Assembly: GCA_963664015.2 (NCBI GenBank) | Contig: CAXXLF010000001.1 | Location: 224,001 to 288,000 of the forward strand | Reading direction: 5' to 3' | DNA length: 64,000 bases | DNA from: Candidatus Binatia bacterium | GTDB lineage: Bacteria > Desulfobacterota > Binatia > UBA9968 > CAXXLF01 | Part shown: in pieces, positions 21,154-31,797 of the stretch | Numbering within the stretch: the stretch's first letter is position 1 | Layout: each line of letters begins with the position of its first letter | Made by a program: the position numbers and the translations under genes | Notes under the pieces: model-generated | The model's database searches: none | What the model was told of the DNA's origin: nothing | What the model saw: only the letters and a program-made list of their open reading frames with translations

Positions 21154-22641
21154 CTAACCGAGAATGACATCCTTCCACTTATCAAAAACCTGCTTCTTGA
21201 GCTCCGGAGTCGATTCAGCCACCGGAGGGAAATCCTTGATCCACTCAAAGGGACGACAAGCATCGATAATCGCGCGGGAGTTGAACCCCTTCTTCCCAGG
21301 CTGGATACGTGGATCCAAGGGTCCACTCCAGCAACGCCTGAGTATGTCGATGGACTCGACGGGATCCGATCGGCTAGAGATCGCCCACAGCACATCGAAG
21401 GTGTTGGTCGGATCGATATCGTCATCAACCACAATAACGTATCGACCCAGGTAGGCCCCGGCGTGAACCTGAGAGGCCACCAGCGCCGCCTGGCGCGCGT
21501 GGCCCGGGTAGCGTTGTTTAATGGAAATAATGTTTAATAGTCTGCCACCACCGGCCTCGTGACACCAAACCCCTCGGACATCAGGCACCCCTGCCCTTTC
21601 CACCTGATCCCAGATCAATGCGGATTTGACAAAACACTTGGCTAAAGAATAGTCCGAAGGAGGCCGGCCCGGACGGGCGCAACAGAGGATCGGATTGTTT
21701 CGATGGTAGATATTCTCCACTCGGACCACAGGCTCAGGTCGAGTTGAGCTGGCATAGTAGCCTGTCCACTCGCCGAAAGGACCCTCGGACTTGACATCGC
21801 CGGGATGCATAAAGCCCTCGATCACAATTTCTGCGTCTGCCGGTAGAGGCAACCCGGTCGCCTTTCCGTGAACAACCTGGACGGGTTTTCCCTTCAAACC
21901 CCCTGCATAATCGAACTCGGAAATTCCGTAATCCACTTCGTTGCCAGATACCATGAACAGGACCGGATCCTGACCGACGCAGATAATAACAGGACACGGC
22001 TTACCCTGATCGAACCACTTCTGACGTTGAACCTGACCATGTTTTCCGGGCGAGATATAAAGCGCCATACTCTTCTCGTCATGAACCATCCCGCGATAGG
22101 TTCCGAAGTTGACCCACCCCTCCTCCGGATCTTTGGTAATGACCAGACAGGCCGTTCCCAGATAACGTCCACCGTCCAATTCGTGCATGAATGGAACGGG
22201 GAACTTCAACAAGTTGATGTCGTTGCCGGAAAGAATATTTTCTAAAACCGGTCCTTCCTTAACGACCTCATGCGGAATAGGCTTATGACCGGAAAGCTTC
22301 TGACGAAATGCCCGGACTAGATCCAACCCCGTCAAATCCATGGGCAACCCTAGGTTCAGCGCCATTCTCTTGAACGACGCGTTCTGAGCAAAGAGGACAC
22401 GAAAGCCTGCGGGATACCCCTTGATTTTATCGAACAGTACCGCGGGGACCGACCCCTTGCTCTCGCGGGCAATAAGCTCGGAGAGAGTTCCCATCTCCAG
22501 ATTCCAATCCACATTGTCGATCTTCTTGAGTTCGCCCATGCTATCTACAATTGCGAGCCAATCACGGAGATCACCATAAGTCGGTGTTTTACCGGTCCCC
22601 GTCTCCTTGACCGTTTCTTTCGTCGCCTCTAGTGCAGCCAT
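21154..22641 (-). CDS. UbiD family prFMN-dependent (de)carboxylase, copy 1
   Basis: DLRDWL, DGGRYLGT, N.GTYR, EGPFGEWTGYY, IKQRYPGHA, VDDDID. Confidence 0.92.
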   Translation of the reverse strand: MAALEATKETVKETGTGKTPTYGDLRDWLAIVDSMGELKKIDNVDWNLEMGTLSELIARESKGSVPAVLFDKIKGYPAGFRVLFAQNASFKRMALNLGLPMDLTGLDLVRAFRQKLSGHKPIPHEVVKEGPVLENILSGNDINLLKFPVPFMHELDGGRYLGTACLVITKDPEEGWVNFGTYRGMVHDEKSMALYISPGKHGQVQRQKWFDQGKPCPVIICVGQDPVLFMVSGNEVDYGISEFDYAGGLKGKPVQVVHGKATGLPLPADAEIVIEGFMHPGDVKSEGPFGEWTGYYASSTRPEPVVRVENIYHRNNPILCCARPGRPPSDYSLAKCFVKSALIWDQVERAGVPDVRGVWCHEAGGGRLLNIISIKQRYPGHARQAALVASQVHAGAYLGRYVIVVDDDIDPTNTFDVLWAISSRSDPVESIDILRRCWSGPLDPRIQPGKKGFNSRAIIDACRPFEWIKDFPPVAESTPELKKQVFDKWKDVILG

Positions 22642-22798
22642 AAAGAATCTCCTGTCTAACTGGTTACTTGTCCAATCGTTATTCGTATACTCGGCATTCG
22701 CTATGGTTTTTGGTTAAAGTATCTTCGTTATCGTAACATTGTACCCGGAATAGCTCAGCGAGGGAATATACCGTTATACGAATATATGAATAACTACT

Positions 22799-23947
22799 TT
22801 AGGCCCCCAATGCCGAATCATCCATCCCTTCGGTATCCTCGGCAGGGAGACCGTTGCAACTCTGCGTGTCCAGGTGGAGAAACACCTTCTCTCCAGTGGT
22901 CATTTCCAGAAATGGATGGGTATGGACCCTTATTAGAAAATCATTGACGTCCACCTGACAGTGGTAGGCATCCCCCATAAAGATCGCTTCGCGTACGGTT
23001 CCCTCAACCACGTTATCCAGGTCGTCGGGTTTTTTCTTGTGAACCTCGATATGTTCGGGACGAATGGACAACACGGCGGACTGGCCGCGGACAAGACTGG
23101 GGGCAGGGACAAAAGAGAAGGTCCCTTTTTGAGTCTCTATTCTCCCCCGCTGGTTAATGCCGTCCAGCTCAATCACCTGTCCTTCAATCAAATTGGTCAG
23201 TCCCAGAAAGGTCGCAGTAAATTTTCGTTCCGGCCGGGAATAGAGTTGGTGCGGTGATCCCACCTCAATGAGCTTCCCCCCGTGCATAACGGCGATCTGG
23301 TCCGAGATGGCCAGGGCCTCCGCCTGATCGTGGGTCACGTATATCGTCGTGATATTGACCCGCCGCTGCAGGGCTTTGATCTCAAACCGCATCTGCTCCC
23401 TGAGCTTGGCATCCAGGTTACTAAGCGGCTCGTCCAGAAGCATAACCTTGGGTTCGTTGACTAGGGCTCGCGCAAAGGCCACCCTCTGCTGCTGTCCCCC
23501 GGAGAGCTTAGGGGCCGGCCGCTCCTCAAGTCCATGAAGCCCCACAACCCGTAATACATCCTCCACCCGCTTTCTGATTTCGGCTTTGGGCCGGTGCTGA
23601 ATGGTCAACGGGTAGGCCACATTTTGAAATACGGTCATGTGAGGCCAGATGGCATAGGACTGAAAAACCATTCCGATGGGACGGCGGTTCGGTGGGATAT
23701 AGGTCCAGTCTGCCGAATCGTAGACCTTTATTCCCCCGATACTGATCGATCCGATATCCGGTCGCTCGAGGCCGGCAACGCACCTCAGCGTGGTTGTCTT
23801 CCCGCAACCGCTGGGGCCCAGCAACGTGTATAGGGAACCTTCAGGTATCTCTAGAGACACACCCTTAAGAACATGGACCCTTTCCCTATCCTCACCAAAG
23901 TACTTCTCTAACCCGCTGATTTCAACCATGATTCGATAGTCCGCCAT
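22799..23947 (-). CDS. ABC transporter ATP-binding protein (FbpC/PotA-type)
   Basis: GPSGCGKT, LSGGQQQR, LLDEPLSNLD, VTHDQ, C-terminal TOBE-like region. Confidence 0.93.
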   Translation of the reverse strand: MADYRIMVEISGLEKYFGEDRERVHVLKGVSLEIPEGSLYTLLGPSGCGKTTTLRCVAGLERPDIGSISIGGIKVYDSADWTYIPPNRRPIGMVFQSYAIWPHMTVFQNVAYPLTIQHRPKAEIRKRVEDVLRVVGLHGLEERPAPKLSGGQQQRVAFARALVNEPKVMLLDEPLSNLDAKLREQMRFEIKALQRRVNITTIYVTHDQAEALAISDQIAVMHGGKLIEVGSPHQLYSRPERKFTATFLGLTNLIEGQVIELDGINQRGRIETQKGTFSFVPAPSLVRGQSAVLSIRPEHIEVHKKKPDDLDNVVEGTVREAIFMGDAYHCQVDVNDFLIRVHTHPFLEMTTGEKVFLHLDTQSCNGLPAEDTEGMDDSALGA

Positions 23948-24300
23948 ACACCCCCCTGAACAGCCATTTTAAACTGTAACCCAATCGATTTGCCCTTTAG
24001 ACCTGCGCTACGAGAGCATAGTCCGGCTACCGGCTATCCTATCTTTTCACAGGTTGTTCTAGCATTTCAAGTACAATATGCAAATCCTCAAGACGCGGTT
24101 TGGGGAACCTCACTTACCGCCCTCAGCCCGGCACCGCAAGCCCCGTGCGTTACGTAAAGATTCATGCTATTAAAAATTATTCCAGCGGCACGCGTTTCAG
24201 CAAAACTCACCCAAGCACGCGGGTGAAGTGCCGTTGCCCTTCATCTTTGTTGGGGCCTTGGACGTGGGAGCAATCACCGGGTAAAATAACAGGAAGAGTC

Positions 24301-25677
24301 ATGAACGCAGATCTAGTCATCAAAGGTGGTTGGGTGGTCACCTCGGAAAAGACCTTCAAGGGAGGGGTTGCCATCTCTGACGAAAAGTTCGTCTCTATCG
24401 GACCCGATGACACCTTGCCCACGGGCAGGGAAGAGATCGACGCCAAGGGCAATCATATCCTGCCCGGCATTATCGACGGCCACGTTCATTTCAGGGAGCC
24501 GGGCCTCACCTATAAAGAGGACTTCCGAACGGGCTCAACCGCCGCTATAGCCGGCGGCGTCGTTCTGGTAGTCGACATGCCAAACACCATTCCTCCCGTC
24601 ACGGGCCCGGAGCAGATCTTAGAAAAACAGCGTCTTGCAGAGGCGAAATCCCTGATTGACTTTGGTCTACTAGGAGTATTGGTTCAAACCAATATAGATC
24701 AAATCCAACTCATGGCCAGGGCCGGCGCCTTGGGGTTCAAGATCTTTTTGGGAGAAACCACAGGGAACCTCCCCTGCCCTGATGATGGGCTTTGTACGGA
24801 AGTATTCCCAACCGTGACCGCATCCAAGCTCCCGCTCTGCGTCCATGCGGAGAGTCGCGAGATCATGGACCACTACGTAAAAAGGTTGAAGGCCGAAGGC
24901 AAGCATGGCCCCGTTATCTGGGAGTCCTCACGCCCGGCAATTTGTGAGGCCGAGGCCGTTTCTCACGCCCTTTTCTTTGCCGAGTCCTATGGGACGAAAC
25001 TCCACATACTGCATATGAGTTCCAAGCAGGCGACCGGCATTGTGCGTGAAGCGAAGGCACGCGGGGTGAGAATCACCGCCGAGACCTCTCCGCACCACCT
25101 CCTCAGGGATTCCAAGGAAATGGAGCGATTCGGTTCTTTGCTCAAGATCAATCCACCGGTCCGGAGTCAGGATCACGGGGAAGCCCTTTGGAATGGACTT
25201 CTCAACGGCACGGTCGATATGATCGCTACCGACCATTCTCCGCACACCCTGGAAGAAAAGGGTTCGGATCCATATGGAAAGCTGCTCAAACCGACCATCT
25301 GGGAATGCATGTCGGGGTTCTGCGGAGTTGAAACAGGCCCCTCACTCATATTGACCGAGGTCAACAAAGGGAGAATGTCCATCAACCAATACGTTAAACT
25401 GACCTCGGAAAATCCGGCAAAGATATGGCAGATCTACCCACAGAAAGGGGCCATGCGGCTAGGATCCGACGGTGATGTTACGGTTGTCGATATGGATAAA
25501 GAATCGACTATTGATATCAATAAACTCCATAGTAAGAACAAGCCCTCTCCCTGGCATGGCTGGAAAGTTAAAGGGATTCCTGTAACCACGGTCGTTCGTG
25601 GCCATATCCAGATGCGCGAGGGTGAGATCGTCGGGAAGTCTATCGGGAAAATGGTCCGACCCAAACCCAGCAGTTAA
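24301..25677 (+). CDS. Cyclic amidohydrolase (allantoinase/dihydroorotase family)
   Basis: PGIIDGHVHFREPG, DMPNT.P, VHAE, KINPP.R, TDHSPH, S.NPAK; start at MNADLVIKGG. Confidence 0.9.
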   Translation: MNADLVIKGGWVVTSEKTFKGGVAISDEKFVSIGPDDTLPTGREEIDAKGNHILPGIIDGHVHFREPGLTYKEDFRTGSTAAIAGGVVLVVDMPNTIPPVTGPEQILEKQRLAEAKSLIDFGLLGVLVQTNIDQIQLMARAGALGFKIFLGETTGNLPCPDDGLCTEVFPTVTASKLPLCVHAESREIMDHYVKRLKAEGKHGPVIWESSRPAICEAEAVSHALFFAESYGTKLHILHMSSKQATGIVREAKARGVRITAETSPHHLLRDSKEMERFGSLLKINPPVRSQDHGEALWNGLLNGTVDMIATDHSPHTLEEKGSDPYGKLLKPTIWECMSGFCGVETGPSLILTEVNKGRMSINQYVKLTSENPAKIWQIYPQKGAMRLGSDGDVTVVDMDKESTIDINKLHSKNKPSPWHGWKVKGIPVTTVVRGHIQMREGEIVGKSIGKMVRPKPSS

Positions 25678-25752
25678 CCGAATTTCAAAAGACACCCAAA
25701 AAGGATCAATTCATAACGAAGCCCATCTTCTTCCCATGGGAAAGGACGGAAT

Positions 25753-26896
25753 ATGAAGATTCCGTGCGCAATCTATCGAGGGGGAAGGAGCAAGCCGGTC
25801 TTTTTCCAGGAAAAAGACCTTCCTAGCGACCCCAAATTGAGGGACCGTACAAATCTTACGGCCTTCGGTAGCCCCGATTCACGTCAAATCGACGGACTGG
25901 GAGGTGCCGACCCCCTCACCAGTAAGGTGGCCTATATTGCACCCGCAACGGATTCGGGTGCCGATATCAATTACACCTTCGGGTACGTCGGTATTACAGC
26001 ACCGGTAATTGATTACGCTGGTAATTGCGGCAATAGTTCAGCGGCGGTGGGGCCCTTTGCCTTGCTCAGAGGGCTCATCGAACCTAAGGAGCCCGTTACC
26101 AAAATAAGAATCTTCAACACCAATACAAAGAAGATTATTGTTGCCGAGTTCGCAGTTAAAGACGGGGCCTTCCAGAGTGAAGGGGACTTCAAAGTGGACG
26201 GGGTCCCCGGCTCAGGCTCTAAGATTCTGCTCGATTTTTTGGATTCGGGCGGCTCGGTCACTGGAAAGTTACTCCCGACGGGCAAGGTCAAAGAAGTGAT
26301 AAAAACACCCACCCTTGACACCCTCACGGTTTCATTAGTAGACGCGGCCAATCCCTTTATCTTCGTCAAGGCAAAGGACCTTGGGCTTCGAGGCAACGAG
26401 ACTCTGGAGCAGGTTGCGGGTGATACCGCCTTGCTCAATCAGTGCGAAGAGATTCGATCGATTGCAGCAGAAATGATGGGGATCGCTAAGGTGGCAGAGG
26501 CCACCCGTCTGAGCCCCGGGGTACCCAGATCGCCCTGGTCTCACCCCCAACGAGCTACAAGACAGCGGACGGACAGGTGGAGAGTGGAGCTGTGAATATT
26601 GTCGCTAGGATGACCGCCCTGCAAAAACTCCATAAGACATTTGCCGTCACCGGGGCCGTATGTCTCGGCACCGCCGCTATGATCGAAGGGACCGTCGTGA
26701 ATGAAGTCTTCGAGGGCTCGCGCTCTGAAAACGCGACGTCAGTCCGGATCGGTCACCCATCAGGCACCCTCAGGTTGAAATTGAATTGGCTCAAGGAAAT
26801 GGCCGCCTGGCACTGGCCAAGGCCGCTCTGGCGCGGATAGCACGCCTGCTCGTGGATGGATCTGTTCAAGTACCTGACAAGGTGCTGGCCCGGTGA
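25753..26896 (+). pseudogene. PrpF/methylitaconate isomerase family gene with two frameshifts
   Basis: RGG.SK, QIDGLGGA...TSK, NCGN, VDAANP; frameshifts near 26527 and 26772 separate HKTFAVTG, GHPSG and the ARLL.DG end. Confidence 0.8.
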
Positions 26897-27025
26897 TATT
26901 CAAGTTGGGGAGTCTGGTCTCCGTCATAGTCCTCCCAGAGGCCCCAGGAAACCGTGACGGGGATTTGGGTGCACTTCCCGGTGAGACTACGCGATGAATC
27001 CTTCTGGCGCAGTCTCAGTCCCGAA

Positions 27026-27325
27026 TTACTTCACATTGGCTTCGAAAGAGTACTTTTGAACCGTTTTATTCTTGTTGAAGATGAGGTAGAGGTCCCTATC
27101 GACCCAACCCTCTTTCGCGGTTACGCCACGAAAAGTATAACGCCAAGTCTCAAACCCACTGTCCGCCCCGGTTCGAATGGGGGTCCCAAACTTCGCTTTA
27201 ATCTGGTCCTTGGTCGTTACGTTCGGTTCTATCGTCTCCACCAAATCAGCTGGAATGGTACTGCGATACATGGAACACCCAGCCAACAAAACTGCAGCTA
27301 ACAAGATGAGGATTAGATTACGCAT
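27026..27325 (-). CDS. Small lipoprotein, SmpA/OmlA (BamE)-like domain
   Basis: Lipobox LLAGC, TTK.QI...FG.P, ETWRY. Confidence 0.75.
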   Translation of the reverse strand: MRNLILILLAAVLLAGCSMYRSTIPADLVETIEPNVTTKDQIKAKFGTPIRTGADSGFETWRYTFRGVTAKEGWVDRDLYLIFNKNKTVQKYSFEANVK

Positions 27326-27435
27326 ACCTTCCTTCTATTCTGTCTTCCATTTCGACCGCTGCCGGACCACACCTAGCACCTGATGGCTCGATATCTCTTG
27401 GGCACAGACGGAGACTGTTTCCAGCGCAATTCCAA

Positions 27436-27729
27436 TCATTTAGAGCTGAACGCGTAATTCCGCACAGTCCCATCGGTATTGAAGAGGATGCGGAGCTGTT
27501 TTCCTCCCCCAGCCTGGCCCAATACATAGCGATAATAGGACCATGTTTCAAACCCTGTGTCAAGGCCCTTCTCTGCAGGCTCGCCAAAGGTCGCAAAGAT
27601 TTGCCCCTTCGTGGTGACATTGGGTCGGATCTCGTTGATGGTAGCGGTTGGGAACTCCCGGCCTGCGCAACCGCCAAGGATAAGACAGAAGGCGATTACA
27701 TAGGCCGTAGCCTTAGCCATATTTTTCAT
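27436..27729 (-). CDS. Small lipoprotein, SmpA/OmlA (BamE)-like domain (paralog)
   Basis: Lipobox LGGC, PNVTTKGQI...FG.P...G.D.GFETW.Y. Confidence 0.75.
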   Translation of the reverse strand: MKNMAKATAYVIAFCLILGGCAGREFPTATINEIRPNVTTKGQIFATFGEPAEKGLDTGFETWSYYRYVLGQAGGGKQLRILFNTDGTVRNYAFSSK

Positions 27730-28346
27730 AATTTTTTCCTTCCCTCGAGGGCCTGACTCAAAGTGACTGCATCAGTGTATTCCAGCTCACCTCCCATGGG
27801 TAACCCTCTGGCGATACGGCTCACTTTAACCCCCAGAGCCTTGATTTCCCTGGCCAGATAGAGGGCGGTCGCCTCGCCGGATACCGTATGGTTGGTAGCT
27901 AAAATCACCTCCCGAACGCTGGAGCCCTTGATCCGGGACAAGAGATTCCCGATTCTCAGTGACTCGGGCCCCATTCCATCCAGTGGTGAAATAGCTCCAT
28001 GCAATACGTGATAGGTGCCTTTAAATTCCCCAGATCTCTCCACCGCCATCATATCGACCGGCTCCTCGACGACACAGACCTGTTCTCTTTCCCGCTGCGG
28101 ATTTCGACACACATGACACTCCGTGCCAGCGTCGCTTCCCGGCTTCAACTCGCACAGTCCGAAACAGGTCGGACAAAGCGATATTTCCTGTTTCAACCGG
28201 CCCACGCTTTCGGACAGGGCCAGGACCTCTCTCTGGTCCGCCTTGAGCAAGTGAAAGGCCAGTCGACCGGCCGTCTTCTCACCAATACCGGGGAGCCTGG
28301 ACAATTCCTGAATCAGACGTGCAAGGGGTAATGGATAGGAACTCAT
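27726..28346 (-). CDS. recR: Recombination mediator RecR
   Basis: LPGIGEKTA.RLA, C4 zinc finger, YHVLHG.ISPLDG, RIARGLPMGGELEY.D. Confidence 0.97.
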   Translation of the reverse strand: MSSYPLPLARLIQELSRLPGIGEKTAGRLAFHLLKADQREVLALSESVGRLKQEISLCPTCFGLCELKPGSDAGTECHVCRNPQREREQVCVVEEPVDMMAVERSGEFKGTYHVLHGAISPLDGMGPESLRIGNLLSRIKGSSVREVILATNHTVSGEATALYLAREIKALGVKVSRIARGLPMGGELEYTDAVTLSQALEGRKKL

Positions 28347-28669
28347 GTCATTAATCCTGGGATCTTCATCCCCCCTGTCAACTTGCCCATCTCTTCGGAA
28401 ACCATCTCACGGGCCCGCCGCACCCCCTCGTTGACCGCCGCTTGAATTAGATCCTGCAACATCTCGATCTCCTGTGGGTTCACTACCGTAGGATCAATCT
28501 TGATCGAGGAAAGGACAAATTGTCCATTGACTGAGACCTGCACCATGCCACCGCCCGAGGAGGCGTCGACGGTCTTTTTAGCCATCTCCTCCTGAATCCG
28601 CGCGAGTTTGGTCTGGACCTCCTGTGCCTGTTTCATGAGGTTTCCCATATCACCAAAGCCTTTTGCCAT
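28343..28669 (-). CDS. ybaB: YbaB/EbfC nucleoid-associated protein
   Basis: LMKQAQ, SGGGMV.V, EMLQDLI.AAVN; lies between dnaX and recR. Confidence 0.95.
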   Translation of the reverse strand: MAKGFGDMGNLMKQAQEVQTKLARIQEEMAKKTVDASSGGGMVQVSVNGQFVLSSIKIDPTVVNPQEIEMLQDLIQAAVNEGVRRAREMVSEEMGKLTGGMKIPGLMT

Positions 28670-28731
28670 AACTCCTCCAATCTAAACTCTGGAAAAATCG
28701 AATCAACACGATGGGTAATTAGTTAAATTTA

Positions 28732-30465
28732 TCATTTAATTTCCTTAATGGAACCACCAAAAATCCTTAAGGCTTCTCCAACAATACCGTCTTGCGCAGC
28801 AGTGCTTGGCGAAGCCCCTTCAAGGGAACTATCCGTAGCTTTCGGCTCTCCGGCTAAAGGGGCAACCGTCACGGATACATCACCGGAAAAAAAGCGACTG
28901 GCAAAGTCCTTCAGCGCGGAGAGGTTCTCCCGGTCCTGAAGGTAGCTCAAATGATGGCGATCCTCGACACCAATTTTTAGTTGCCCAGGGGGAAGCTTAA
29001 GGGGACGTACCTGCTCAAGGTGTGACGCCAAGAACCGTTTTTCTTTCATGACAAAGGAAACAAACTCGCCCCACAACCTGAACTCATCAGGTCCGCCGGT
29101 CGGAACCAGTACGGGCTTTTCCTCACTAGACTGGTCCAGGCCCGATGGATCAGAGGGTGTAGGTTGAATCGATTCAACCTTTTCATCCGTAACCGCATGG
29201 GAAGACGCCGTAACCGGAGCGCCCACGGATGGCTCCAATGCCTCTCCCCCGGACAGCCTCTGTTCGATTTCACTGAGCCTTTCAAGTGCGTTGGAGACGG
29301 CTATGGACTTTGGCAGCGTTGCCAATCTGACCAAGGTCGTCTCCAGAGCAAAGCGAGGATAGGCAGAGCGGGCGATATCCTCATCTCCTTTTACCATAAC
29401 CCTAAAAAAGTCCATCAGTGATTCAACCGAAAGATCCGCCACCTGTGCCCGCAGTCCTGCAATCTCTTGATCGTGGAGATCGAAGAGGGAGCCTGAGGCT
29501 CGGGACGGGGATCCCGATGGACCCTCGCCCGTACCCTGATCCAAAACCAAGCGGGCAACCAGAAGGTTACGAAAATGCTCCACCAGTTCCTGTGACAGCC
29601 GGGGTAAGTCCAGGCCGTTGATCGACGCGTCGGCAACCATTTCGATGCATCGATCCGGCTTCCCTTGAATCACCGCCCCACAGATATCGTAAAGAATCTT
29701 TCGTTCGGCAATACCGAGAATATCTTGCAACAGACGTTCATCGACCTCCACGGCGGCCCCTTCCTCCCCTAGCCCAGGAGCTGCATAGGAAAGGACCTGC
29801 TCGAGCAGTGATTGGGCGTCACGCATACTCCCCTGCGCTTCTCGGGCAATAAGGAGAAGGGCGTTTTCCGTAATCCGCAAGGATTCGACCTCGGCGATTT
29901 CTTGAAGTTTCCGGGTCATTTCCATTACCCGAATACGACGAAAATCAAACCGCTGGCAGCGAGAACGAATGGTATCGGGCAAACGATGCGCTTCGGTCGT
30001 TGCCAGAATAAATCTGACGAACGGAGGGGGCTCCTCCAACGTCTTGAGCAAGGCATTAAAGGCGTCCTTGGTGACCTGATGCACCTCATCAATGATGTAG
30101 ATCTTGAAACGGCTCTTGGCCGGCTGGTAACGGGAGTTCTCTATGATCTGGCGCACCTCGTCGATGCCCCGATTGGAGGCTCCGTCAACCTCGTAAACGT
30201 CCATGGAGTTGCCACTAACGATCTCGGTGCAGTGGGTGCATTCGTTGCAGGGTTCCGGAGTAGGCCCCTTTTCGCAGTTTAGCGCCTTAGCCAAGATTCG
30301 GGCAGCGGTGGTCTTTCCCACACCGCGCACTCCCGTGAAAAGATAGCAATGGGCAATTCGGTTATAGAGAATCGCGTTCGTCAAGATTCGGGTTATGTGC
30401 TCCTGACCAACAATATCCCCGAAATTCTGGGGTCGCCATTTTCTTGCTAGAACCAGGTAGGACAT
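28732..30465 (-). CDS. dnaX: DNA polymerase III subunit gamma/tau
   Basis: MSYLVLARKWRP, GVRGVGKTT.AR, IIDEVH, NALLKTLEEPP, SRCQRF. Confidence 0.97.
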   Translation of the reverse strand: MSYLVLARKWRPQNFGDIVGQEHITRILTNAILYNRIAHCYLFTGVRGVGKTTAARILAKALNCEKGPTPEPCNECTHCTEIVSGNSMDVYEVDGASNRGIDEVRQIIENSRYQPAKSRFKIYIIDEVHQVTKDAFNALLKTLEEPPPFVRFILATTEAHRLPDTIRSRCQRFDFRRIRVMEMTRKLQEIAEVESLRITENALLLIAREAQGSMRDAQSLLEQVLSYAAPGLGEEGAAVEVDERLLQDILGIAERKILYDICGAVIQGKPDRCIEMVADASINGLDLPRLSQELVEHFRNLLVARLVLDQGTGEGPSGSPSRASGSLFDLHDQEIAGLRAQVADLSVESLMDFFRVMVKGDEDIARSAYPRFALETTLVRLATLPKSIAVSNALERLSEIEQRLSGGEALEPSVGAPVTASSHAVTDEKVESIQPTPSDPSGLDQSSEEKPVLVPTGGPDEFRLWGEFVSFVMKEKRFLASHLEQVRPLKLPPGQLKIGVEDRHHLSYLQDRENLSALKDFASRFFSGDVSVTVAPLAGEPKATDSSLEGASPSTAAQDGIVGEALRIFGGSIKEIK

Positions 30466-30483
30466 AAGGTTTGGATAGCCATT

Positions 30484-30591
30484 GCTGACAGCCAGGTTGC
30501 CCTGTGGCACAGGGGTATGCTCGCTACCGCTGCTTCCTTCCGGACCTGACGGGGTTCACGGAACCACCTTGCACAGGACCCGGCCATCAGC
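30484..30591 (-). ncRNA. ffs: Signal recognition particle RNA (small, 4.5S)
   Basis: Minus strand contains GTCAGGTCCGGAAGGAAGCAGC within a long closing stem; directly upstream of dnaX. Confidence 0.95.
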
Positions 30592-30744
30592 AATGACGTC
30601 CCCGCTTAAAAACTTAAAGCGTAAATCATATTCGTCATTCGGCCCACGATCTTACAAGACTGGCAACCTCAACGGTAGATGAGCCCTGTGCGTAATCATT
30701 GAACATTCCATCGGCCCGGTTTAATGTCTGACCAATGCCCAAAG

Positions 30745-30838
<94 letters not shown>

Positions 30839-30982
30839 CCAATCGTCGGCCTCCCGATTTCAAATACCATACAAAACAACTATCAGAAAAATCATTATTT
30901 CGAAAACAGACAGGACACTCATTCCTCAATTGCATCGGGAACCAAGCCGGGTATATTGGGGTTATCCTTCCCAGGAGGGTTT

Positions 30983-31579
30983 ATGTTTCAGCCCCAATTT
31001 AAGACCTTCATAATCGTCTGCATATTACTCCATTTTTCCTCCCATAGCTATGCTCAGCTGGGGACTACGGAAGCAACGCCAATGGAACCCACTGACCTGG
31101 ATAGGGTCAAGGCCGACAGCCGGGCACCGGACTTTACCCTGGAAGATATGGAAGGGAAAAGGGTCTCGCTTTTCGAATTTCGCGGCAAGAAAAAGGTCGT
31201 TCTCGTTTTTTATCGAGGCCACTGATGGCCCTACTGTGCAAAACAGCTCGGTGAGCTGAAACACCTCTTAACCACTAAAGAAAAGCAAGGGGTTCAGATC
31301 CTAGCCATCAGTATCGATTCCGATGGCGCATCACAGAGGCTGGTGCAGGAGCTGGAGGAAAGGTTTCCGGGAGAGTTTGACTTTCCACTACTCGAGGACA
31401 AAAACCATCGGGTGATCGATCGATATGGGATTCTCAACCCGAGGAGTCCCGGCTGGCCTCACCCAGCCACCTACGTGATTGACAAGACAGGTGTGGTCCG
31501 TTGGCGTTTCGTTAAACGGGACTATACGCATAGGGCGAGTAACGAGGATATCTTACAGGCGTTGCGAGGTGCCCTCTAA
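30983..31579 (+). CDS. Exported peroxiredoxin-like (AhpC/TSA) protein with in-frame TGA at the redox motif; probable selenoprotein
   Basis: ORFs 30956-31225 and 31343-31579 share a frame with no other stop; read-through gives APDFTL...VVLVFYRGH*WPYCAKQLGEL...LAISID...PATYVIDK.G.VRW. Confidence 0.75.
31244..31258 (+). promoter_or_regulatory. Candidate bacterial SECIS apical hairpin
   Basis: CAGCTC-GGT-GAGCTG stem-loop with a G-initiated loop 24 nt after the TGA at 31223-31225. Confidence 0.5.
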
Positions 31580-31797
31580 GCCAAGTCCGGCCCTCCCCTT
31601 TGTGGCCTCCAATCCATGGACTTGGACCAGCCAACCTTGCCCTTCGTTGATCCTTTCCGCTATACTTCTCCTTCTTTGAGGTATGGCATGAGCCAACCCT
31701 CGGGCCAGTCATAGTAACCTGAACCAGTCCACAACGACTGACCGCCTCTGAGAAGCTCAACCACCTAGCCTCTCTTCTTCGGCCGCGTTCGCAGGAG

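Noticed and set aside
24100-24300. 67-aa N-terminal extension of the cyclic amidohydrolase
   Set aside because: Family similarity starts at MNADLVIKGG (24301), which has an RBS-like AGGAAG; the extension is probably just an open frame.
28732-30465. Programmed frameshift or slippage site producing DnaX gamma
   Set aside because: I did not find an A AAA AAG heptamer with a downstream hairpin or a long A run at the expected position.
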